From positions 29,140,001 to 29,204,000 of the forward strand of contig NC_079172.1 in NCBI RefSeq assembly GCF_947568905.1: DNA of 64,000 nucleotides, in the 5' to 3' direction. Below, in pieces: positions 13,801-26,606 of the stretch. The translations under genes were made by a program, and so were the position numbers. This stretch comes from Ostrea edulis (taxonomy: Eukaryota). Positions within the stretch are counted from its first letter, which is position 1, and each line of letters opens with the position of its first letter. The notes below the pieces were generated by a model that was given only the letters and a program-made list of their open reading frames with translations, searched no databases and was not told where the DNA came from.

Positions 13801-16800
13801 CCTGCATATGGTGTTTATATATCTCAACTGATTCGATATGCAAGAGCTTGTTCTGGGTATAGTCAGTTTTTAAATCGAGGTAAGCTACTGACAAACAAGT
13901 TGATGGTACAGGGATTTCAACAGTCTCGATTGGAGTCAGCATTTCACAAATTCTATGGTCGTTATAACGATCTAGTTCGTCAATACAACCTCGCATTGGG
14001 TCAAATGCTGTCTGACGTGTTTCATACTGATTGTTGAGCCGTTCTTGGCACACTGATTTGACTGCGGATAACTCCGTTTACCTGATCAGGATATGGGGCT
14101 TACGGCGGGTGTGACCGGTCAACAGGGGATGCTTACTCCTCCTAGGCACCTGATCCCACCTCTGGTATGTCCGGGGGTCCGTGTTTGCCCTACTATCTAT
14201 TTTGTATTGCTTGTAGAAGTTATGAGATTGATCATTGTTCGTTATCTTCACCTTGCATTAAATGATTGGAGAATGTAGATTGATGTTATTAAGAGGATTT
14301 CACCTTTCATTTCCTTAAGTATACTACTCTCTTTTCCAGATTTTCTGTAGATCGTTTTATCAACCGGATTCCTCCCTGTTTCCCGAAGAACCAGAAAAAA
14401 TGGACAAACTTGCAAATTCATTTAAGGTACATGTGCAACAGAATTAAAAAGCTGTCTATGGTCCTCATAATAATAATCTATACAGACGTCAATGTTTCGA
14501 GTTGTCTTGTCTATTATTGTTTATTCGTTATTACATGTATCAGTATAGGCTTCAATACAATACTAGATTTACACTTTTTAAATTACATCAAATTTAAAGC
14601 TTAAGACCTGCCGAATTTTGAATATAGATTCCCTTCTTGTAACAGCGAAAACTCGATGCCGATTTTAAACTACTCATTCTGTACAATTGTACATTGTCAC
14701 ATATTTTTCTATCGTAAATAGATAAATGAAAAAAAAAATATGATGTGAAGTATTGTCCATTTTTATGCAGAAATTTATGGAGGTAACTGCACCGCTGGTT
14801 TGTATAGAAAGACAGATGAAGAACTTAGTGTCCTGCATGACGTCACTATTGTCGGCTTCCACTCTCTCAGTCAATGTAAATATTTGTTAAAATTGAAATT
14901 TGATTAAAGTAGTTTTATATTTACTAATTACATTAACTGATACTGCATCAAATAACACAAAACTGTCAAGAAATTATCTTCATATGTGATTTCAAGCATA
15001 TATGTTCGCTGTATAGTATAACGAAATTCACAAAAACTATATTTAAATGACATTGAACAACATACAACTGCAGGTATTTATCAATTCATCTTTAAGGCAT
15101 ACAGTACTGATATTTCGTTCTATTCAGGTCATGGAAGAATTCCAGGAGAAATATGGTGGGTTGACGGGCTCTCACGATATTCGAAGCGATGCTAGAAAGG
15201 TAGCTTAGATAAGAGACTGCAATAAAACCGTATTATACAATCATGAACTTCAGTGTAGTTCGTTATGTCTTTATGTGAACCCATTCTGAGTGATATCCGT
15301 TATAACGATCTAGTTTACCATCACAACCTATCATTGGGTCAAATGCTGTCTGACGTGTTTCATACCGATTATTAGGGCGTTCTCGGCATACTGATTTTGA
15401 CTACGGATAACTTCGTTTACTTGATCAAAATATAGGGCTCACGGCGGGTGTGACCGGTCGACAAGGGATGCTTACTCCTCCTCGGCATTTGATCCCACCT
15501 ATGGTATATACAGGGGCGCGTGTTTGCTCAACTCTATTTTGTATTGCTTATAGGAGTTATGAGATTGATCAGTATTCGTTATCTTCACCTTTCATAAAAA
15601 AATATGTTATATAGTTATTTCATATTACTGCTTTTCTCAGCCATATATCAATGAAGTAAATTTACAAATACCCATAAAAACAACCCTCAATAATACCATT
15701 TTCCATCGCCCATTATCACTTGATTTCCTCTGTCAAATTCACAAGTCGTATCAATTCAAAACAGTATCAAAACATTTTCTGCATCATATGATCTGTACAT
15801 TTCGATATGATCCGATGATTTTCTATTTTTCCAGGCTTATGAGTCTTACTATGAGACGGAGGAGGACATCAACAGACAGCTGAACATTTTTTCTGTCAAT
15901 ATGAGAGTTGCTTACGGTGGTCCCAACACTGTGGAGGCTCAGATTGGTTACAACTCAAACGCAGGTCTCTGCTTAACTGTACTTTCAATTTCATAATGCT
16001 TTTACACAATTTCAATATATTTCAAATAAGAGGAAGGATGCAAGAGAACGTCTTCATTTTCTGTATCGCATTCATTACAAATTCATAATCTCTTTTATGA
16101 TTTCTTTTTCTCTCCTATTGCATCATTTATCACCCTTGCTTTTGAATAGAATATTTCAATTGCATGATATGATAGCGATTTTTGCACTAATGGGGTGAAA
16201 AACTGTCGCGGTAGGTCAGTGGTAGAGTGTTCGCTTCGTGACCGGGAGGTCGTGAGTTCGAACTCTGCTCGTGCCATGACTGCATCAAACGTAAGACTTA
16301 AATATATGTACAAATGCAGTGATATCGGTAGTGATTGATCCTTCGCCAAATGCTTGGCATTTTGAAATGAAAAGCACGTGTCTTTTGGATATGATATTAA
16401 AGGGAGGCACGTTGTAGAACCCCACTGCTACGGCACTGAGCACTAAAGATAGGTGTAATTTTGTGGTACTTCACCTGCAACTGATGACGCACCAATATGA
16501 GTGAACAATTCTCGACAGGACATAAAACAAACAATGAGTGAAAATAACGAACAATGATCAATATCATAAAGAATGAAATTGTGAATATAGGAAATAGTGG
16601 TCAGTCTCGTAAGTCCTATAAGGAACACAAAATTAAGAGCAGGGCAAACGCGAACCCCTAAACATATCAAAGGTGGGATTAGGTGCTTAGGTGAAGTAAG
16701 CATCCCCCTTTGATTGATCACACCCGCTCTCATAAAATTAGGAATATAGGTTGTCTTAATATATCTATTAATATGTGCACTGATTGAGCGAATTGATGAC

Positions 16801-19800
16801 AAAAATTGGACTGTGAGAATATTTTAAACGTTCTTCTTTTTAAAAAAAATCTTTTTTCACGAAATAAGTGAAAATTGTTTTGTTCCTCAGTTTATTCCGA
16901 GATAGGCGGCGACGAAGAGCTACCCCTCGGACAAGAGTTTCAGGACCACCTCCGATGTTTCATGGACAATGGCAAAAAGGACCCTGTGGAGCGTTATCAG
17001 ATGAGCGAGAAACTTGTTAGACAGTTGAAGTATGTATGCAAATATCAAGAATAAATATAGGTTCAACAGAATTTCAAATAAAAAAATAATGCTGCTACGG
17101 AATAGATGTAGTACCGTATAACGGGTTTATTCCGCGGTTCTAAAATTTGGAGACTTGCTGGCCCAAAGGTATGCCAATAATTTTAGTGGAATAAATTTTG
17201 GCGGACAGGGAGGAGTTGTCTCTCTTTCAAATACGGAAGTCGCAATTAGGTGCATATTTGGCGCTTGGAATTTTTTGGGAAAAGCTATCTAACTGCTAAA
17301 ATAAACAGAAATTATAACCCCGCAGGAAAACCCGTTATACAGTATATTGTCGGGTTCAACACTCTATTGAACCATATTAAACGCATGTCGATAAGTTTAT
17401 GTTGATGAATGTGACATAAGTATGAATGGTCGCATTATGTATATAATGATTTCGTTTTTGGAAATTAGATTTCGTACATGTCTTTTTTTCTCAACAGAAT
17501 ATCAAATCAATTAACGCATCTAAGTGAAAAAGAAAAATTAGAACAAGAAAAATTGGATGTGAAATGTCTACAGCTTCTTCGTGCAATGATTTATAACGAG
17601 GTGGTCAAGCTTCCGGATGACTGGGAGGCGGAGGTGTCTGTTCACCGGAAGTAAGTGTCATTTATTAAGCTTTTCTAAAATAAATTGACAAGACATATCT
17701 ATGCGCATCTGGTGCATCAAAATGGGTACCGTATAAGTTTTACATTATGACCCCTGGGTCGAGGCCTCTGCTGGTGGACTGTTAGTCCCCGAGGGTCTCT
17801 ACAGCCCAGTAGCTAAGTACTTCGATACTAGCTTGAAAATACGGATGTACATTTAATTGCTGTTATAAAATTTAGAAATTCATTTCAAAATTAAGGATTA
17901 TCTCCCTGATGCATAGCTCTTATCCTTGGACGAATTTGGCTCCACTTTTTTGGCACGCTGTTTTTGGCTATATTTAGCTCTAAAACTTCATAGTTATTTC
18001 GGGTTTCAAACATTTCGGTTGAGCATCACTGAAGAGACATTATTTGTCGAAATGCGCATCTGGTGCATCAAAATTGGTACTGTATAAGTTTTACATCTAT
18101 CTCATAGAACTGTTTCAGTATTTTCATAGGTAAACCCAAAACCACCAAAAATAATTGTCTCATGTATGTATGTTTAATTCTACATTCAAAAAGAGCAAAT
18201 ATCTATAGACGAATTGAAGTATCTGAATAACGCTTCACTTTGTTTTGCAGGAAGCTGAAGGCCATCTCGGACGTTCAGGATGCTTTTAATCATTTTGACG
18301 TTGTGATAAGCGTTATGGAACACCTGAACCGTCCGCAGGATAATGTGGTCCGGGAAACCTTGTCCTTTATATGCATGCTGCTCTACAATGGAAACGCTAA
18401 TGTTCAGGTAGGGTGCATAAAAATAACAGAGTTTGCTAATTTAGTATAAAATAATAGAATCAGGGAATTTTTTTCTGAGAATATTCTACTGTTTTCTCTC
18501 GTTTCTTTGTAAAGATAGTTACATATACAACGAATTTTGAATGAATTGTCTATTTGCAATTGTTAAAAGCTATTGTCTAATTTCCTTCCGCCTAGTATTG
18601 ACAGTATCATACAGGTGTAATCTGTAGAATAGAACACTTACTACATGTCGATTTTCTCTTTCTAGGGTAAACTCTATGAGTTTTTCACGGGTACAAGAGA
18701 GGAGTCGTTTTTCTTCACGCTGAAAGCCCGAATGCAGATGTCGGCAATAGCAACCCGAGAGAAGTAAGATATTATCTAACTTTTTGTGTAGTATACGATT
18801 TCATAGTGGGAGCCGATGAGTGTAAAAATATTGGGGGAAATTTGGATAAAACACATGTATCTTTTGTGAATCAATCAAAACTAATAGAGGAGAGGTAGTG
18901 TGTGGTTGAATTAGTAATGAGTAATTATATGGAAATTTAATACCAAAGTTCAGTTATATTGATTGATTGTATCTTGTTTAACGTCCCGCTCGAGAATATT
19001 TCACTCATATGGAGACCTCACCATTTCCGGTGAAGCGCTGCAAAATTAGGCCTATGTTCGGCGCTTACGACCTTTGAGCAGGGAGGGATATGTATCGTGC
19101 CACACCTGTTGTGACACGTGGCCTCGGTTTTTGCGGTCTCATCCGAAAGACCGCCCCATTCAATCACTTCTTACGACAAGCAGGGGGATACGGAGGACCT
19201 ATTCTAACCCGGATCCCCACGGGACAAGTTCAGTTACAAATGGAATGAATGTTTTGCATAATAAATGCATAATGACTTCAATATGAACGTTAGAAATGAA
19301 AGAAAACGAAATACAAAATTTTGTTTACCGATTAAAGAAGATGAAACAAAATGAAAAAATGAAAGGAAACGCATAATAGTAATGTTTTGCAGAATATTTT
19401 CACATTTGTATAGATATTTTGGTATATAAGGAATCGTTTGATTACCCCTTCTAACTAACGCTGTTGCTTACGGAACATATATTTGATAAGGTTTGAGGAG
19501 AATATAACGTGTTTTCTTAAAATCTTAAAATTGGTCTCTGCAATTCTTTTAGTTTAGACACGGAATTTAACCTCTGAATTGTGAAGAAAATGTAAAATTG
19601 ATAGCTCGCTGTGACCTTCAATTCGACTTTTAGATATATCGATGACGTTTTGTCTATTAACAATGATAGCTTTCATTCATATGTCGATTTGATATAAGCT
19701 CGAAATAAAGGACACCACAGAGTCGTCCACTTCTGCTTCATACTTAGATATTTTATTGAAAGTAGACATTAACGGCAAACTGACACCTCAACTGTATGAC

Positions 19801-22800
19801 AAACGGGATGATTTCAGCTTCTCCATCGTCAACTTCCCACATTTATGTAGCAATATTCCATTATCACCTGCATATGGTGTTTATATATCTCAACTGATTC
19901 GATATGCAAGAGCTTGTTCTGGGTATAGTCAGTTTTTAAATCGAAGTAAGCTACTGACAAACAAGTTGATGGTACAGGGATTTCAACAGTCTCGATTGAA
20001 GTCAGCATTTCGCAAATTCTATGGTCGTTATAACGATCTAGTTCGTCAATACAACCTCGCATTGGGTCAAATGCTGTCTGACATGTTTCATACCGATTGT
20101 TGAGCCGTTCTTGGCACACTGATTTGACTGCGGATAACTCCGTTTACCTGATCAGGATATGGGGCTCACAGCGGGTGTGACCGGTCAACGGGGGATGCTT
20201 ACTCCTCCTAGGCACCTGATCCCACCTCTGGTGTGTCAAGGGGTCCGTGTTTGCCCAACTATCTATTTTGTATTGCTTGTAGGAGATATGAGATTGATTA
20301 CTGTTCGTTATCTTCACCTTGCATTCACCATACTGATAATCATCAAACCACAGTAAACACCAAGAAACTTTGGTCTACTGTGACAAACCCATTGGTCGTT
20401 AAAAACTTACAACCCGTCATTAGGTCCAATATTGTCTGACGTGTTTCATAAATGATTAGGCTGATCTTTTCATACAGATTTGTCTACGGATTACTCCAAT
20501 TCCCCGATAAAAATTTAGGACTCACGGGGTGTGTGACTGGTCAACAGAGTTTCCTTAATCCTCCTAGGCACATTATCCCACCCCTGGTGTGTCCAGGGGT
20601 CGCTGTCTGCCCATCTCATAATTTTGTATTCTTTATAGGATTTATGAAATTTACCACCCTAAGTTTTCCTAATTTTTCAAATTTCCATTGTGATGATTAT
20701 TGTGCTTCAATTTGATGTATTTAAATCTAAATTTTCATGTTAGAGTTCAATAAAGTTTTTGTTAGTTAAGGCACATCTAAAAACAAATTGAAAATAGAAA
20801 AGCATGAAAAAGTGGAGATATTGAACAGTGATTAGTTTCATACATCCTGTGAAGAATACAACATGAAGGAAAGGAGAAATGCTGACACAGATATAAAATA
20901 TACACCTTCACATTTTTCATGATGTGTGTTATGTCCTCCTTCAATGAAATACACACTGACGACAATGATATCTCATGCTGGCAATTCAATCAGACACTCT
21001 TATATTTTTTTCCAGTTTAAAACGATTTCATTGTTGAATGCAGTCAATCATGTAACACCGACACCATTGATACATTATCTCTGGATGGGGGTCTTCAGTC
21101 CTCAATGGGTGATGTTATTGTCTCATTCCTATCATATCCTTACAGGCGACTTCTACACGCGATGTATCAAGCTAAGGTAGATGAAGCGGTCCAACAGGCC
21201 AAAGCCCTACAGAAAGCCATGACAAGCGGCAAATTGGCGGAGATGGTGAGAATAGGAGCGGAAATGAGCTCGGAATAAATCATAAATGTTACAGCATTTT
21301 ATTCAATTTTTAAAGAAAAGAGTGACACTGTCAAAGTCCATCAACATGCACCAATGCCATGTACATATATTTTTATGCACACTTTTAAATTTTCTTAAGG
21401 AAATATTAAAGGCCACTAAAATTGGATCCATGCTGTCATTGGCGAAGAAATCCATGGCAAATCTGCGTCCCGGTAGTACCTTACCAATGGTGAGAATTTA
21501 ATCAGATATCATTCAAATACGTAAGGGTTTTAATTGGTTTAATATTACTGAAAAAACATATTTACCACAAAAGTTTTGAATGAAAGCACATTTATTTATT
21601 GTGTTTTTCACAACTCATTACTTGAAAATTAAATGGAAAAATGTCTTTGATTTACTGTATGTCGTGTATCAATGACAGATTTCCATTGCTATTTGATGAA
21701 TAATCGAAAATGCCATGTAAACGCAACATATTGCTACCTCATTAAATGCGTCAAAATTTGGGTATCCTATTACCTTAAAACAAACACTTAAGAATTATGT
21801 GTTTACTTAAAATAATATGAAATTTCTTTTTTTGAAGAATTTAAAATTTTGGGTGATGAATTTGAAAAGGTGAAGATAACGAATTGTGATCAATCTCATG
21901 AATCCCATAATAATACCTCCATACTTATGGATTTTTCTTGCGAAACTTTACGGATCTCCGACTCGTAGTCAATCGCAAGCATTCGTAAATCACTCGTCGG
22001 TATCCGTTAATAACTCGTCACTACTCGCACACACACGTAAGGATCCGTGAAAGTAGGGGCAAATATTTTGACATGTCAGAAAAAAACTTAAAGATTGTCC
22101 ACGGATTTCATTTTCCGTAAATAACTTGTAACAATCCGTAAGTATCGCAAACTAGTCGCAAAAATCCGTTTAACACTCGTGAAAAGTTTTTTTTTTTTTA
22201 CGAATCTTTGCGGTTAGTTTACGATATGTTACGGATAGTTTACGAGTTGTTTACGGATTATTGCGAATGCCTAAGTGATATTTACCATTTCATTCACGTC
22301 AGGTTACAATCGCTTTACGGATTGTTCAGAGTCATTACGAGCACTTTACGTATAAACACGATTACTTTACGAGTACATGCTTAAACTTTACGATTAATAC
22401 CACCTTCACACTCACATATTTTTCTTACGAGTCCTTATGGATCTCCGACTCGTAGTCAACCGCAAGCATTCGTAAATTACTCGTCGGTATTCGTTTCTAA
22501 ATTGTAACAATCCGTGTACTTTTACGGATTTGTGGAATACGTAAGGATTCGTAAGAAAAATCCGTGAATGTGAAGGTACCATAAAGAATACAAAATTGGG
22601 AGATGGGAAAACACGAACCCCTGGATATACCAGAGGTAGGATAAGATGCCTAGGAAGATTAAACATTCCCTTTCGACCAGTCACCTATATCTTGATCAGT
22701 CAATGTGTAAAGAACGTCTACGAACATATTATTGTCCTGTATATTTTAATCATCTTATTAAAACCTGTGGAGCAAAAGTCATCCATCACTTTAATGTTTC

Positions 22801-25521
22801 CGTTGGACACAATATCTCAGGACAAAGCGAATTCCAAATTATAACAAGAAGTAATGAATAGTTTAAAGAATACATTTCCCATGACAAATGTGTTCCCATA
22901 CAAACCAAGTTACGGGTCGACAATAAACAACCTTTTCAAAAACAATAATCCAGCAACGTTTGTTTTGGTGATATGTAAAACGTGTATGTTTTATATTTAG
23001 GGATCCCCAAGACCACCGTCGCGGTTCGGAGCCAAATCAAAACTAAATGGAGGATTTAGTCGAGAGAATACCTTATTCAGTAGAACTAACACCACATTAG
23101 ACAACAATTTTCTTCAGGCTCCATCTTTGACAGTAAACAATGTCCAGAAATCCACTCTTCATATGAATGGCATTGTGACTGGATTCTCCAATCCGAAAAC
23201 GAAAGTAGCGCCGGTTGATGACCCTCCTTCCATTCAAATTGAGGTACTTTACATCGCTATCTAATTGTTTATAGTGTATGAAATACCCAAGAGAGAGACA
23301 GAGTGTATCACAATAGAACTATGTTTGTGATCAACTAGATGATAAATGAATTTTGTATAACAAGTGAAGAATGTTACATGTAGTATTGAAGTGCTAATCA
23401 AGTGAAATTGAAGTAATTTTATTTTAAATTGGAAGAAGGTGGATGAAGATGAGTTAAAGGAGTTGATGGGAGCAGCAATGAATTTGACTGGAGATTTCAC
23501 ATTCAGGGACGACGGATACATAGAGCTGTTGCTACGGATGCTGGGATTGATGTGTGATAATCAACATTTCGAACTCCAGGTGAAAGAGCTACCTCTGTCT
23601 GGGTGTTTTGCATTAACAAGCAAGTCATGATGTACTGATATAAAACGATTATTTTATTAATACAAAAATTGTTGTCTTTCAGAACTACATTCGAGAGCAG
23701 TTCGACAACATCAAGTCTGTAAATCTAGTCGCAGAAACCACACGTTTCCTTAACATCCTGTATGCCAACATTAATGACAAAACCATGCCATTGGTCGTAC
23801 AACTATTTGACACATTGGTGGAATTCTCTTCGGTAAAGCTCTTGTGCATCTGACAAGTTGTAGCTTATATGAAAAATGCACTTCTTTTGAGATTATATGC
23901 AAGTCAAAGTTTGCATGGCCTGAGGAATTCAGTTTCAGGGTTGTCAATAAAATGCCTTTTGTTTCTTTGCGAGAATGTAACAATCGGAAAATTTGTGTTC
24001 AAAGGGCAATAAGAAGAACCAGTCTGTGATATTTGAAAATAAAGTATGTGACTACATCAACCATATCCTTAGAGTGGGACATTTTCTCAACTGCGGGGTG
24101 AGAGAGGTAAATATAAGTACTTAGAGAGTTTAAAGTACAACCATGATAAAATAGAGTTACCTATAATTAAAACTTTGATGCTTTGGTTTCCTATCTTAAA
24201 ACTGTTTACTTTGATATATACAGCAGCGGATGTGATCGGTCAACAGGGAATGCTTCCTCCTCCTAGGCACCTGATTCCATCTCTGGTATATCCAGGGGCC
24301 CGTGTTTGTCCTTTTCATAACTTTGTATTCTTCATACGATCTGTAAGATCAATCACGTTTCGTTTTCTTCACTTGCTCATGAAAGGTGAAGATAACGAAC
24401 AGTGATCAATCTCATAACTCCTACAAGCAATACAAAATAGACAGTTGGGCAAACACGGACCCCTGGACACACCAGAGGTGGGATCAGGTGCCTAGGAGGA
24501 GTAAGTATCCCCTGTCGACCGGTCACACACGCCGTGAGTCCTATATCCTGTTCAGGTAAACGGAGTTATCCGCAGTCAAAATCAGTATGCCAAGAACGGC
24601 TTAAAAATCGGTATGAAACACGTCAGACAGCATTTGACCCAATGATAGGTTGTATTGACGAACTAGATCGTTATAACGACCATAGAATTTGCGAAATGCT
24701 GACTTCAATCGAGACTCTTGAAACCCCTTTACCATCAACTTGTTTGTCAGTAGCTTACCTCGATTTAGGCTCTTGCATATCGAATCAGTTGATATATATA
24801 AACACCATATGCAGGTGATAATAGAATATTGCTACATAAATATGGGAAGTTGACGATGGAGAAGCTGAAATCATCCCGTTTGTCGTACAGTTGAGTTTTC
24901 AGTTTGCCGTTATTGTCTACTTTCAATAAAATATTTAAGTATGAAGCAGAAGTGGTCGACTCTGTGGTGTCCTTTATTTTCGAGCTCACAGGGATATATC
25001 AAATCGACAATAGTAACAACTTTAGTACTTTGATGATAGGAAAAACTGTAATTCTTTGAAAATAGTAAACACTTTGATACTTTGATAGAAACTTTAGAGC
25101 TTTGATAATCGTAAAATCTTGCATACTTTTAATCATGAAAGGTGACGATAACAATCTCATAAACTCTTATAAGGAATAAGAAATAGAGTCGGGCGGTCTA
25201 GTTTGCTGGGCAGAAGCTGCTTTGAAATTTGATGACGTAGGTCGGTTCAATTCCGAGAAGAGGCGGAAGTGGATATAAATACATACATGTATATGGAATT
25301 TCTCTGATATGAAAAATACATTAAACTGTGTATTGTTTAAACGAAATAAGTTTGCAATGAAACTATTAACGATGAAAAAATAGTACATTAAAACGTATGC
25401 AATCATATTGATGTACATAGAAAATTCTTTGTACATCAATATTATGGTATACGTTGTACTATTGTTTTGGCGCATGAAGTGCATGATTATGACGTTAAAT
25501 CGTCAACACCGCTATCCGACG

Positions 25522-25590
<69 letters not shown>

Positions 25591-26575
25591 AAATTTGCTA
25601 CCTTTTAAAATTTTAATTGTTAATTGGAATGATATATTTATCATTTTCTTACACACCAAACTGTGAAGTTTCCTGTCTTCACAACCTCAGGAATGTAACA
25701 CACTAATTAGTTCAAAGACAAAAAACAATATCATCTCGGTTTTATTTACGCTTCTGTGTTTTGTATATTTATTTAGGAATATATCCTGAAAAAATCCATT
25801 GCGGTGTTGATAAGATCTCTGACTGAAGAAAATACTCCAGATGAAGAAGAAGATATTATGGCTAAGGTAGAGAATATATTACGTGTATCATAATTACAGT
25901 ATATGCTATTTAAGATAAACATTCACACTAATATACTAGATAATAAATGGGTCTTGATTGTCTGTTTAGAAAGTTTTAAATGCAGAAATGCCGGTTGCAA
26001 TGAGCACATCGCAGGTAAGAGTTGTGCCCCTCTTCCTTCCTCCCATTGTAATTGTTGAAGGTAACTATGGTCAGTGTTTTAGCTAAACTAATGCAGTTTT
26101 CAATTAAATACTTTTTCCCTGGAATTTAGATGTTTACAATGCATTCAGAGAATTTTTGAAACTTGAATCAATATTTATCATTCAATTGTTACTATGTAGT
26201 ACCCGGTAATATGATTTATTGACCATAGAACCTCTCGTCCTTGGTTTATTTTTTTTTATTGTGTATTTGTTCGTTTCTTTTAAACAACTGATTCTACAAC
26301 TAATGTTTCATTGCTACTCAATGGTTTGAATTTTCTTAAAACATCAACAGAACAAGACCAAGGTAGTAAACATTGTTTTCTTCATTACTTAATGATATAT
26401 ATTGCCCTTTTGTTCGTGTGTTTTTGGAGATGTTCATGTATAGCTTTACTTAAATCTAATATATCCACAATTCATTAAAACACGCTACAGTACTTTTACA
26501 GTACTTTTGATAATCTGCTATATGGTGATGGTAGCATTTGTTTCAGTAAAAGGATTTTAAGAGAGCTTGAAAAAG

Positions 26576-26606
<31 letters not shown>

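Noticed and set aside
13763-14053. Recurrent 96-aa minus-strand ORF (MCQERLNN...), also at 19829 and 39676
   Set aside because: Antisense frame of the RT in repeated copies; its recurrence is explained by repeat identity.
14090-14200. HDV-like, hammerhead, twister or pistol ribozyme in the retroelement tail
   Set aside because: The CTCCTCC loop resembles HDV L3, but no P1 partner or P1.1 GG follows; the core motifs of the other classes were not found by eye on either strand.
13214-14258. Selenoprotein-type Naiad (recoded TGA, SECIS), as known from clams and spiders
   Set aside because: Internal stops are TAA at positions where other copies have GAA/GAG (13492, 39566), the terminal stop alternates TGA/TAA, and I found no AUGA...AA...GA SECIS hairpin in the tail.
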